Shown piece by piece: positions 52,556-64,000 of a DNA stretch of 64,000 nucleotides. The translations under genes and the position numbers were made by a program. How positions within the stretch are numbered: position 1 is the first letter of the stretch; the number at the start of each line of letters is the position of its first letter. The DNA lies in contig OX597816.1 in the NCBI GenBank assembly GCA_951406725.2, positions 123,380,001 to 123,444,000 of the forward strand, written 5' to 3'. The notes under the pieces are model-generated. The model made no database searches, was not told where the DNA came from, and saw only the letters and a list, made by a program, of their open reading frames with translations. This DNA is from Octopus vulgaris. Lineage: Eukaryota.

Positions 52556-52645
52556 TGGCTAACACTGATGAGTGTAAAGTTATATAATTGGTTTGTTACC
52601 TAACACTCCATTGTATTCTTTATGCGAAACTGATTGGTAAGACCA
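52556..52645 (+). ncRNA. Hammerhead ribozyme core at the 3' end of a probable PLE relic (~51920-52700)
   Basis: CTGATGA 52565-52571; stem II gtgtaaag/ctttatgc; GAAAC-TGATTG-GTA, where ACTGATTGGT is two transitions from the palindrome ACCGATCGGT; stem I is weak. An upstream 'ISPCSAHPK' resembles the PLE 'Y...S.HP' motif. Confidence 0.55.
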
Positions 52646-52704
52646 GCTGTGATTTTATATTTTTAATTTTGTGTATGCACATTGTTTTTTATTTTGTCAA
52701 CAGT

Positions 52705-53151
52705 ATAGTAGGGTCAACTGGGCACTGTATGTGAGAAAAACAGAATCATGGCACAATTCACTCTGCCAGAAATTTGGAAATGACATGTACTACTTGGCAT
52801 TCCTTCTGGAAGTTCAAATATGAAAATTACAGTGGTTAGGTGTCAATCTGAAGATAATGCAGAGAATTTGGAAAGAGTTGGATGAGTCAAATAGTGATTA
52901 TGAAGGGGCATGGGAGTGTCTGGGTTTCTTATCAGGCAGGTAGTGCATGAAAACATTTGGTATTCCCACACAAGATGAGAAGGGGCCAATTTTTATGCCA
53001 GACCATCAACGACATGAGAGACAAACTATGCTACGAAGCTTTTTCAAGATATTTTTATGCAATTTTGGTAAATATATCTGTTAAAACGAGATGCTTGTGT
53101 TATTTTCATTTCTGCATAATTTAGATGACGACTGTTTCACTGCACCCTGTA
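52705..53151 (+). mobile_element. Internally deleted Tc1/mariner-superfamily relic
   Basis: Decayed transposase-like N-terminus (MAQFTLPEIWK*...QRIWKELDESNSDYEG); right TIR cactgcaccctg followed by TA. Confidence 0.6.
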
Positions 53152-53299
53152 TATATATATATATATATATGCATGTATGTGTATATATGCATATAAATAC
53201 ATATGTATTTATATGTTAATGCAAATTAACAAAACTTTATGGCAACTCTTCGCACTGAGCTTTTGAGGGATAACTAATCACTTTAAAACATGAACTCAG

Positions 53300-53975
53300 G
53301 ACAATGAGCAAGAAACTCTGCTATACCATGCAAATTTTTGAATGAGCCAGTATCAACTGCAAGTTTGCTTCCAACCCACATACATTATACAGAGTGATGA
53401 GGAAGGAAAACATTATCATTAAGAAAGCTCCCTCCCAAGAAGATCTACAATCATTCTGGTCAAAAATTTGGAACAAATAGAGAGATTTTAACCTGAATGC
53501 ATCATGGTTAAATACAACCGAGAGAGAATACTGTACCAACACAAACAGTAAAACATACAAAATTGATAAAGAAACCCTCACTATAGCAGTAGGTAAACTG
53601 CAGAATGGGAAGGCACCTGGAAAGGACCTAATAGTTGGATATTGGTACAAGAAGCTGACATTTTATAGAAACCAATTGATATGTATGTTCAAAAGGATTG
53701 TGGAATGTCAGACTGATAGACTAAATTAGCTTGCTACAGTAAGGACAAATCTTGTTGCCAAAAATGAAATCATGAAGATGGCAAGAGACTGCAGCCTCAT
53801 TGCTTGCCTCAACATCACGTACAAATTGTATACATGTTGCCTCAACCAATTCCTTTAGGACCATTGTGAGTTGAACAACATTGTGACTGATGAAATAAGG
53901 GAGTGTGAGGATGTGCCGAACAACTTTTAATAAACAAAGCTGTACTGTCTAAAGTAAGAAAACAATGTAGAAACA
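53300..53975 (+). pseudogene. R4/Dong-clade non-LTR retrotransposon RT fragment
   Basis: Encodes QSFWSKIW...NASWL...NGKAPGKDLIVGYWYKKL...IACLNITYKLYTCCL...GCAEQLLINKAVL, the R4/Dong-type RT N-terminal motifs, with stops. Confidence 0.75.
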
Positions 53976-54348
53976 TGCACACACATGTATGTGCATGCCT
54001 GTGTGTGCAAGTGTGTGCGTTTATGTGGTTGTGTGTATATGCCAATGTATGTGTAATTGTGTGTGTGTATGAGCGTGTGTCATGTGTGTGGGAGGTATAT
54101 GTGAGTTCATATGCATGTATGTGTGTGTGTATACATGTGTGCGTGTGTGTGCTTGCATGCACGTGTATGTATATGCCCATGTACATGTAATTGTGCATGT
54201 GTATGTATGAGTGTGTTGTGTGTGTGGGAGGTATGTGTGCGTACATGTGCATGTGTGTGTATGTGCGTGCGTGTATGTGTGTGTATGTGTGTGTGTGTGT
54301 GGGTGTGTATAAATGAAAAGTGGTTAGGAATCTATACAAACCAAAAAT

Positions 54349-54728
54349 TATAGTTGCAAAATGTAAATAAAATTGGAAAAGGCACAGAACTATATTTTAG
54401 AGAATGTTTGATAAAATATTACTGGTTTTGATGTATCCATCTTACCAAATATTAGAAATATTAGAAGGATTTTTTTTTTTTTGGTGGGTGAGGAGGAATC
54501 AGAGAAAGAAAAACAGTTTTTTACCCCAATTTGAGTTCTTAAATTAAGAACACAAATTTGGGTACAAACTGTTAAACCCCACAAAAGAGGTTTCTTCTCT
54601 CGGACTCCTTCAAAAATTCTTTCGAATATTGCTAATATTTGATAAGATAGATACATCAAAACTGGTAATATTTTATTAAACACTCTCTTTAATGTACTTT
54701 TCCAACTTTATTTACTTTTTTAACTATA
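54349..54728. repeat. Imperfect inverted repeat (~100-bp arms) with a decayed minimal hammerhead in each arm and an inner hairpin
   Basis: Arms 54349-54455 / 54632-54728. Motifs at 54415-54453 (-) and 54634-54672 (+) reconstruct to aatat-CTGATGA-gatg-gata-catc-GAAAC-CG-GTA-atatt. Inner hairpin at about 54512-54573. Confidence 0.75.
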
Positions 54729-54887
54729 TATCTATAAATAAATATACATACATACATACATATGTATGTATGCATGTATTCAATATGTGTATTATGTGTA
54801 ATAATATGTCATTCAATATGTGACCGTATGTGTATCGTTGAGGATTTTTTCTCCATCTTCCCTACCTTGGACCTTTCCTTTTTCTAT

Positions 54888-54922
54888 GTTTCTGACGAAG
54901 AGCTCCACTTGAAACGTTAAGT
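54888..54922 (+). ncRNA. Minimal hammerhead motif within element 54780-55024
   Basis: gttt-CTGACGA-a-gagc-tcc-actt-GAAACGTT-aagt. Canonical core with partly decayed stems; same family as 13323-13357. Confidence 0.6.
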
Positions 54923-57269
54923 CCTCCTCCTTCTTTCTTTCCTTTCCTGGGCGTCCAATAACACTATACTTGTTCCACATCTTTGTGTTGTGTTTTTTCT
55001 TTGTTCGTGTTTGGATTAACTATACGTACGTACGTACATACATACATACATACATACATACATACATACATACATACGTTCATTCATTCATTCATTCATT
55101 CATTCATTCATTCATTCATTTCAAACTGGAGCTATGAAAACTATTTTAAATTTGAACAGTTTGAAAAATTTGTAAATTTTCTTTTAAAGTTTTTTGTCAT
55201 AAGTTTTTCAGGGTCAGCTATTTCATTCTTATTATATAAGGTTTCAGCAAAAGGAAAAAATAAACTGATTTTGATATAAATTTCTTGACTGTGTGTAATG
55301 CATGACTTCTGTAATTCCTAATATTTACTTCAATTAAACTATATGTGTATTGATGTTTTGTGTCCACGTAATTTCTTCCTTATGTGCACATGCATGCACA
55401 ACAAATTTCTTTGCACTCCTTTGTGCTCATGTATGTGAATGCATACGAGTGCGTAAATCTCAATCAAATGTCTGATCTTTCCATTAAAATTTTTTTACAG
55501 ACTCGATCAAACGTATTAATTATATTTCCACTCAAAATAGGTAGACATTAAAAACCAGAGCCACAAATATTCAAACATTAAGCAACTCCATATTCTTGAA
55601 AATATATATATATATATGTATGTATATATATATATATATATAGATAGATAGATTCATACATACATGCATTCATACATGCATATTGATGTATAGACAGATA
55701 TGCATATATGCGTCTATAGACAGAGAATGTGAAAAAGAGAGAGAGAGAGAGGAATTCTAAGAGTTTCTCCCTTGGCATAATTTAAGATTAAATTACAAGA
55801 AATAAGATGAAAGAAAAATAAATATATTAAAATGTAATTTAAATTAAATAACCATGTATCAAAAGAAATGGAAAACATTTCATTTTTTCAAAGTTACTTG
55901 TACACCAATATTTATGAATACATATATGTATATAGCACCTGTGGTACAAAGACCTTAGCATATGTCCGCATTATGGACCATATTACAATACAAAGCCTTC
56001 TTCTTGAAGTACAGCTCCTGTTTTAATCAAACTTCTACAAATATTAACTTACAGTTGAGATGCTGACTCTGCAATTAAAATATTCTCTGCTATTCTATAA
56101 TTAATGATTATATGCCACCAACCTCAAAGCTCATTCATTACACCAACCTCTTCATTCTCTGTGCTTCTCCACATTCTGAATTAAGCATTTTCTTTTGCCT
56201 TTCCCTCTATTAATCAATTCTTCAGGGTCATCACTGTAGAGTGATGATATACTCCTGGAAAGTTGTTTGTGATGCAGTATTGGTTCCCAGTTGAACTAAT
56301 TTGCAATTAACTTGCTAATTATTATTTTCTGAAGCATCAGTCTTTGGCAGTATGACAAGGCTCAAATTTTTTTCAGCCCATTCTTAGTTTTCCAATCAAT
56401 TTCTAACATACAAGGGAGCCTAAACGAACCATAAACCCCAATAATTCAGTTATTCCAGTGCCATCTAGATGTGAAAGGCCTTGGAAAGAAAATGAAACCC
56501 TTTTCATATTCAGACTAATGAATAAAACAAGTGTAAACATGAAAAAAGAAAGAAAAACTACATAGAAATATTGCTATTTTCTGCTACTGACAGGAAAAGT
56601 AATTCCTACTACTGAGTAAGAAAATCCATAAATGAAGTTGTCCAATCTAATGTAGGAATTTCCTATAAAATTAACTCATGCTATAAAAATTGGCAGTCTC
56701 TGCTATCCAAAATTCTAGCTGCTGACCAATAGCTTGTAGTGTGCTGAGAAATAAATTACATTTGTCACTTTTTTTTTTGTCATAATTATTTTGTGTCATA
56801 TAGTCTTGATGACAGGAATCAGTTAGCTGTGATGGTTCAGCAGCATATTAGCAATATATTTCTACATTAACTTGAATCCTGGAAAAGGAAGTCAAGAACC
56901 AGATTAACCATATTCAATAAGTTTAGCTTCTAGTATACCAGAGTTTTAAAAAAGCTTCGTAAACTTCTTTACCAGCTGAGACGAAATAATTAGAAGTTTG
57001 CACTCTCATTACCAAGCTGGCTTACAAATACAAAGTTGAAAGGATGAACTCTAACAGGCTACATCAATTATCAACACCAGTGCAGATTTAAACTTTGTGA
57101 GATCCTAAACCATATAAAGCTTAGATCTCTTGTTAAACCAGAGAGTCACACAAAAATTGAAAATATGCAGGCTTTTGATTATTTTGAGGCCCCTGTAGAT
57201 TTTGAAACATTACAATGCAGCTTGTCCTGCAGTGGCCAAAATCACTTTTTGCCCATAAGGACATATCAT

Positions 57270-57832
57270 TATTATTGAGTGAGAGAGAAGTGCATACCAT
57301 CAAAGTGACACTGGCATAAAATATATAAAGCCCAGTATACCTATCATGACTACCCATCTGATAAGGGTACACTAGGCACAGGCATCACAACCATATGTGC
57401 GTGACATGGTGATCTCATATCAAGATAAACAGCACATGACCTTGCAGGTGGGGGCCCAGTTAGAATTTTCTTCTGGTCAAGTAACCCATCCTGCTCAAAA
57501 GGTCCCTGAATAAGGGTTGTTTAAGGATGTTGAACGAAACACCCACGTTTCCAGAGGTGATTTATTCAAACCACAAAGAATCTCTCTCAACACATGGCTA
57601 TGATGTTCCCCCACTACTTCTGCACGTGATCAGAGATGCACATATCATCAGCCACTAAGGGACATGCTCAATTTGGTTAAGGTCAAACAACTGACAAGCA
57701 AATCTGTGGTATTGAGCAGAATATTTGCTGTAGCCCATCTTTTATACCAAGACAAAACAATGTACATGATAACAGTTCCAATTAGTTCAGATCAGAAGCC
57801 ATGAGAGCCACTGTCTGGTACTGCATCAGGGC

Positions 57833-57838
<6 letters not shown>
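57270..57838 (-). mobile_element. Interspersed repeat (unclassified, SINE/LINE-derived)
   Basis: Fragments of the same sequence occur in the opposite orientation at about 32395-32550 and 33625-33900 (ttgagcatgtcccttagt.gctgac); abuts (ATT)n. Confidence 0.6.
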
Positions 57839-57869
<31 letters not shown>

Positions 57870-57872
57870 GAG

Positions 57873-59690
57873 AAGGCAGTGATCTGGCAGAATCATCAAC
57901 ATGCCAGGCAAATTGCTTAGTATCATTTCATCTGTCTTTACATTCTGAGTTCAAATCCTGCCAAGGTCAACTGTGCCTTTCATCCTTTTGGGGTCATTGA
58001 TATAAGTACCATTTGAGCACTGGAGTAAATGTAATTGACTAGCTGCCTCCCCTAAAATTTCAGGCTTTGTGCCTATAGTAGAAAGGATTGTTATTATTAA
58101 GGAAGAAGCTGGCAAAATGTTAGTAAGTTGGACAACATGTTTGATAGTGTTTCTCCTGGCTCTTTTATCTTTTGCCTAAAACTTTGCCTTTTATCTTCTT
58201 GGGGTTGATAAAATAAGAATCAGGGCCTTGTGCCTTTACTAGGAAGAATTAGGCAATAGATTAGCAGAATCAATAGAGTAACAAAAAAATGCTTTGCAGG
58301 TTTAGTAATACATTTTTCAGTTCCATGTCCAAATCTCACCAGTAGCAGATTCATCATTCATCTCCCCAGACAGTTTAGATTAGCACTATTCAAGTACTGA
58401 GCCTAATTTAATCAAATGTACTGAACACATCTGTGACCAGAATTAGAAATCATTTTCATTATTATTGTTTTTTTTTAGGCAGCAAGCTAGCATGATCATT
58501 AGTATGCTTAATGACATTTCGTCCACCTTAATGTTCTGAGTTCAAATTCCAACTTCACCACTCATCCTTTTGGGATCGATAAAATAAAGGGCCATTTTTG
58601 TACTGGGGTTGAATGTATTGACTAGCCCCCTCCCAAAGTTTTATGCTTCGTGCCTATGGTAGAAATGATTATTATCCTTATTATTGTTTCTCCTCTCCAA
58701 GCCTGTATTTGTAAAAAAAAAAATTTCTGTTAGAACAGGAAAACAAGGCAAATGAAAAAGTGTCAGCCATCTCAAACAACTTAAAATAAAATATATAATA
58801 CAAACAATCATTACCTTAAATCAAAGTCATTGTAATTACATTATTGTATTGTTAATTACCAACATAAAACATTAAAGTATCACAAAAATTCTTTAAATTA
58901 TTTTTTGTGGCTCTTTACATTCTGAGTTCTGTTCCTGCCAAGGTTAACTTTGCATTTCATTCTTTTGGGGTTGATAAAGTAAATTGCCAGTTTAGTACTG
59001 AGGTCAATGTTGCTGACCTCGTGCCTAAATCAAAAGTTCTTATTAATTACCAACTCAATAGCTATTTTGTCAATATGATGCTTATATTTTATTAAACAAA
59101 TTGGTTGTCAAATAACTCCATATTAGAAAAAAATCAATCTCATAATTTGGAAACATTAAGTTATTAGTGTTCTTTAAAAATCATTCTTCTGCATGAGTCA
59201 TCTCCAGAAGATACATTTTTAAGTACAAACTGTGGCAGCTGTTTGATGAGAATTATTCCCAAAGTAATCACCAGTTTCTTCCCAATATTGGTTCTGACAT
59301 TAAGCTGGCAAGCTGGCAGAAACATTAGCATGCTGGGTGAAATGCTTAGTGGTATTTCGTCTGTCTCTATGTTCTGAGTTCAAATTCTGCTGAGGTCGAC
59401 TTTGCCTTTCATCCTTTTGGGGTTGATAAATAAAGTACCAGTTTCACACTGGGGTTGATGTAATAGACTTAATCCCTTTGTCTGTCCTTATTTGTCCCCT
59501 CTATGTTTAGCCCCTTGTGGGCAATAAAGAAATATATGTTCTGAGTTCAAATTCCGCCAAGGTCGACTTGGCTTTTCATCCTTTTGGGATCGATAAATTA
59601 AGTACCAGTTGCATACTGAGGTCAATCTAATCGACTGGCCCCGTCCCCCCAAATTTTGGGCCTTATGCCTAGAGTAGAAAAGAAAAGAAT
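57873..59690 (+). repeat. Cluster of ~6 co-oriented SINE copies (catccttt.ggggtcgataaa family)
   Basis: Copies start at about 57873, 58100, 58477, 58910, 59305 and 59538. Confidence 0.8.
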
Positions 59691-59999
59691 ACTGGTTCTG
59701 ACATAAATTTGTAACAAGAATGCATCGAAAAATTTATAATCTAAATTCTACATTAGCTCTTTTGATACCAACCCACCTGATTCTAACCCTGGTTTTACGA
59801 TGGAAACCTTTTGTTTTAAATTGATCTAAATGAAAACACTCCATACAAAATTTCATGTTAAAAACACCAACTTAATAATATCAAAGTTGTTTTGGTAAAT
59901 TCTTCATTATTTTAAAAATTAGTTGAAACAAAGTCAGTGTTTTTCAAAAGAAATCTTAATACAATGGGGTTAATAGAGCAGTGAAGGAACTTTTATTTT

Positions 60000-60331
60000 T
60001 GTTGTATAGTGAAACTGTACACTCCACCTGGTAAAGAGTGGTAGTAGCCAGCCATTATAAATAGACCAGTAGCAGGTCAACAGGGAGAAGGCCATGTATA
60101 CATGTAAACTGTTTTGATATTCATGTCTGTGCTGACATAATAATTATACTGTGAGACTGAGTGGACATTATATTGATCCAGCCTTTGGAGGATAATAACA
60201 CTGTATGACTGGGGGTTGTACAGTACCAGATAGAACCATTCTATTGATGACTTTGGAATATAACAATATCTGTCAGAGTGATAACTGTCATCAAATGATA
60301 TACAAAAGTGGTAAAAGACCATTTTACAACA
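60000..60331 (+). repeat. 5' LTR
   Basis: TG...CA termini; direct repeat of 63395-63735; followed by the PBS. Confidence 0.9.
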
Positions 60332-61162
60332 GTGGCAATGAGGAAAAACAAATTAATGAGGAGTGAGAAAAAAACATTCACACGGAGAGGTTAAACTAAT
60401 TCATGAGGAAAATTATAACCTTGACAAAGTGAACATAAATCTTGTGCAAACTTATGTAGATTGGAAAATATGGAAGACTTGTTAGCTGGGATAGCTGAGT
60501 TGCAAAAACAGCAACAACTCAAAGAACAACGAGAACAACAACAAGGATTGCAGCAGAAAATATTAGACTTAACGAAGTTGATAACCTGACCATGTAGCAA
60601 ATTCCATAAGCGAATTCAAATATGACACCGAAGAAGGAGTAACCTCGACACTTACTTTTGAAGAATTCTTGAAAAGGAATGTCAGTATTGGATGGACGAT
60701 ATGAAAAAGCATCTAGTTTTAAGAAAACTAGTGATAGCAGTGCATGTGAAGTATAGTAACTTCATATTGCCAAAAAAAAGCATCCAACATAAATTTCACA
60801 AACACAGTTGACATTGTGTGCAAAACATTTAGTGAAAAGAGCTCACTGTTTAATACTAAATGGAAATGTTTAAAAACAGAAAAGAGTGAAGATGAAGACT
60901 TCAGTACTTACACAGGCAGAGTCAACAAAGAATGTGAGAGATTTAGGCTAGATATACTTACTCCAGATTCTTTCAAGTGTTTCATTTTTGCAAAAGGATT
61001 GACAGATAGAAGGGATGCAGAAATCTGAATGGATATTCTATCAAAACTGGAAATGAACCAGAATTTGACATTGCAGAAACTGTCAGAAGAATGTAACAGG
61101 ATATTAAAATTAAGGTGTGACATGGAAGAAATTCAACAAAAAGAGTGTTTCCACATAAATAA

Positions 61163-61318
61163 ATGTTCCTTTTCGAGCCATGCCAGATTCATAAGGGCCG
61201 GTTTCCCAGTCTCAGTGGTGTGGAAATTCCCCACCTGGATGGGACACCGGTCCGTCACAGGATTACTCATTTTTGCCAGCTGAGTGGACTGGAGCAACAT
61301 GAAACGAAGTTTCTACAT
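61163..61318 (-). mobile_element. SINE fragment nested in gag
   Basis: gagccatgccagattcataagggccggtttcc...ccccacctggatgggacaccggtccgtc matches the tail of the 25234/36091 family. Confidence 0.75.
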
Positions 61319-62230
61319 AAGGCCAGCACAAAAAAGTCAGAAGAGAAATCAAGTGTTGCAGGTAAAACAGAAAAATATCAGGATGTAGACCCATGTATGG
61401 CATGTAGTGGGACGCACCTGGAAAAAAATTGTCCATATAAAAAAAAAAGGGGTTTTGCTGTAAGTTTACAGGACATAAAATCGCACTGCAAAACTAGAAT
61501 GATGGGAAAATGGAACAAACAAGGAAAAATAAATAATTTGTCAGCAGGAAAAGTTGTGACTACAACAAAAAGAAAATTTGTGAATGTGAGAATTGAAAAC
61601 ACTAGTGTCAGAAGGCAAGCAGACATGGAAAGTGATATCACAATCATAAATAAGAAAACATGGGAACAAATGGGTAAACCAAAATTATGTAGTTCTAGAA
61701 TGAAAGCGTTGATGTGAAGTTTTGTATACTAGCCAAGCTTGGACAAGGAAGTTAGTTGAAAACCTGGTAAAAGGCTGCAGAAGGTGTATGCTGGAAGTGA
61801 AACTACCTACTATAAAATGTGAACCTTGGCCGGAAGTGAAAATACTATGGTCCTGATTGCATATCAATTTTGCAGGTCTGGTAAATAGATATTATCACCT
61901 AATAGTAGTGGACAGCTACACAAAATGGTTTGAGGTTACGAGGTGTAAACACCCAACCTCATATACGGTAATAAACTTTTTACACAAGCTGTTCACAAGA
62001 TTTGGTGTACCAGATATAATTGTCTCTGATAACAGAAGACAGTTTGTATCCTGTGAGTTTAAAAGATTCTGCGAGATGTTATATAAAACTATAGCAATGT
62101 ATCACCCTAGATTGAATGGAAGTGCTGAACGGTTCATGGACACTTTTAAAAAAGCTTTAAAGAAAGCTAATAAGAAAGCCACGGATGAGGTCATGATACA
62201 ACAATTCTTAAGGATATACAGGGTAACTCT

Positions 62231-62878
62231 TGTGGCAGGCTGGATAAAATATGTGATATCAGGTCGATATGATGTAGCCCACTACCAAATGTAGGAGTAA
62301 TATTTAAAGGTTCTCACGTCGGAGTAACTAGTGAACATCGAAGAATCAACAACAAGAAGGAAGAAATATTATTTACATACATTTATTCATATGCCTGACA
62401 GGTAATTAAAGAGATACAGCAGCAATTCTAGTGATAGTGCCAACAAGGTTGGCTTGCTGGATAGTAGTTGATAGTGTAAAACAAGGTTGTCTGTCAGTAG
62501 AGAGTGAAAGAGTAAGGAATGCACGGTGCTGACTAGAAAGGATAAAAATGACATTATCTTTCTTGTGGCCAAGCTAAAGGTGAAGGGAAGTGTTGCTCTT
62601 GGTCATGGATGACACAGAAGAGCAAGTTTCTCCTTGGTCTGCTGATACAAAAAAGAGGAAGAGATAGGAAGTGTTCTCTGTTATAAAGACTATGGTCAGT
62701 AATGTAGGCCAAACTCTGAACATAGGACTGACCTTTCCTTGACCAGCACAGGTCCTAGGGCATCAAGTGTTTCCTCATTAATCATCTAGTGTGGAGAGGA
62801 TTTCCCACTCACTTTAACAAGCAACAAGTGGGTGGATTTGGTTCCAAATATCAGGCAAGGTCAAGCTAGATCCTTACA
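62231..62878 (-). mobile_element. Unrelated LTR (plus PBS-like sequence) nested in the integrase
   Basis: The integrase frame RIYRVT|PN.NASEGSSPAESM is split by 648 bp flanked by ctct/ctcc. The insert ends tccttaca; on the minus strand it has AATAAA and ...cctaca-tt-TGGTAGTGGG at 62290-62278. Confidence 0.6.
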
Positions 62879-63394
62879 CTCCAAACCCCAAATGCATCAG
62901 AAGGAAGTTCACCAGCAGAATCAATGGTTGCCAGAAAGGTGAAGTCAGTATTCGATAAACCACTACCAGGGAAGAAAAAATATGTGGTAACAAAGACATG
63001 CCAAAATTCTTTAGAATAGGTGATAAGGTATATGTAAGAATGAACAAAAATGACAAGCAATACTGGGAAGAAGGAGAAATTGTAACATACATAGGAAGAA
63101 TGATACATGGCCTAAGAAGCAGAAATGGAATGGAAAGAAGATATAGAAATCAGCTTAAGGAAAGAGTCATAGAAAAGAACCAACAAGAGTAGAAATACCA
63201 ATGGATTGGCTATGTGACACTTCAGATTCCAACACCATTACAAGAAGTTGAAACCATATATACAAGGGAAAGGAAGAACACTGGATTCCTAAAAGACCCT
63301 AAGAAGAAAAGATATTGAAAATATATATATATAAAAAAAAGGAGGTGGGGAGAATAAAAGAAATTGATTGTTAATAAAAAATGAAAAGGGGAGT

Positions 63395-63735
63395 TGTTGT
63401 TTAGTGAAACTGTGCATCCTTTCCAGTAAGAAGTGGTAGTAGCCAGCCATTATAAATTGACCAGTAGCTGGTCAACAGGGAGACAGTTGTGAAAGTTGAG
63501 TATACATGTAGACTGTGTTGATAGTCATATCTGTGCTGATATAATAATTATACTGTGATACTGAGTGGACATTATACTGATCCAACCTTTGGAGGATAAT
63601 AACACTGTACGACTGGAGGTCATACAGTGCCAGATAGAGCCATTCTATTGATGACTTTGGAATATAACAATATCTGTCAGAGCAACAACTGTTGTCAAAA
63701 GACAGATATAGAAGTGGTAAAAGACCACTTTACAA
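63395..63735 (+). repeat. 3' LTR
   Basis: Follows the polypurine tract; direct repeat of 60000-60331. Confidence 0.9.
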
Positions 63736-64000
63736 GTTTTACAAAGGTTTCAAATGCATTTGATAATAAAAACATGATTCCTGTCAACAAACAAAAAAGC
63801 AGGTTTGATATTTTTGGAATGCTTCAACATTAAAAATAACCACAATAGGATTAAATAAAGTGATTAGTGGACTTATTTGGGGGGTTGGCTATTGTTATTC
63901 TCAGGATGAGCAAGCAAAACTGACAACTTTTCACATACAGAGAAGAAACATGTAATGGATAATAGGATCACTTTAAAAGTGGTTCATTTGAAGATCAATT

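Larger units (their letters stand above)
60000..63735 (+). mobile_element. Decayed Ty3/gypsy (Mag-like) LTR retrotransposon, RT/RNase H deleted
   Basis: Two similar LTRs (60000-60331 TGTTG...ACAACA; 63395-~63735); PBS tggcaatgagg (decayed TGGCGACGAGG); PPT aaaaggggag. Gag reads FSEKSSLFNTKWKCL...FIFAKGL with knuckle CMACSGTHLEKNC; decayed protease ADMESDITII; integrase HINFAG..IVVDSYTKW..RFGVPDIIVSDN..YHPRLNGSAERF. Confidence 0.92.

Noticed and set aside
37455-53894. Isolated CTGATGA matches at about 37455, 38984, 42292 and 53887
   Set aside because: No downstream stem II/GAAA/UH arrangement; three of the four lie in or at the edge of LINE sequence.
59753-59973. Possible piggyBac-type MITE ending ggggttaa
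   Set aside because: The left terminus is too degraded to demonstrate TIRs or a TTAA duplication.
49217-64000. Further guanylate cyclase exons (end of kinase-homology domain, cyclase domain), and upstream exons in 1-14777
   Set aside because: No matching reading frame with splice sites found by eye. They are probably outside the window, though a short exon could have been missed.

Overview
AT-rich, microsatellite-dense animal genomic DNA. The SINE/LINE repertoire looks cephalopod, most likely Octopus (inference). The only host gene I can support is a + strand receptor-type (membrane) guanylate cyclase. Three internal exons of its kinase-homology domain are present (14778-14849, 42579-42735, 49067-49216), separated by 27.7 kb and 6.3 kb introns, and the second intron appears to use a GC donor. 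Everything else is intronic and filled with repeats: tRNA-derived SINEs, RTE, R4/Dong and Penelope-like (PLE) relics, Tc1/mariner relics and MITEs, two adjacent Tx1/L1-like elements, a decayed Mag-type Ty3/gypsy element with a nested LTR, and an 18S rRNA fragment. Almost all ORFs in the supplied track are microsatellite or repeat noise. The main signal is RNA-level. I count about 19 type-I hammerhead ribozyme (HHR) motifs read by eye, 7 with an intact CUGANGA/GAAA/UH core and the rest decayed, variant or partial. They belong to several short families that mostly abut (TA)n tracts and often form inverted duplications. One of them is a 357-bp tandem HHR repeat resembling a non-LTR retrozyme. Two different Tx1/L1-like elements have inserted at the same nucleotide of this repeat, immediately upstream of the ribozyme, which suggests a LINE that targets a ribozyme-bearing retroelement.
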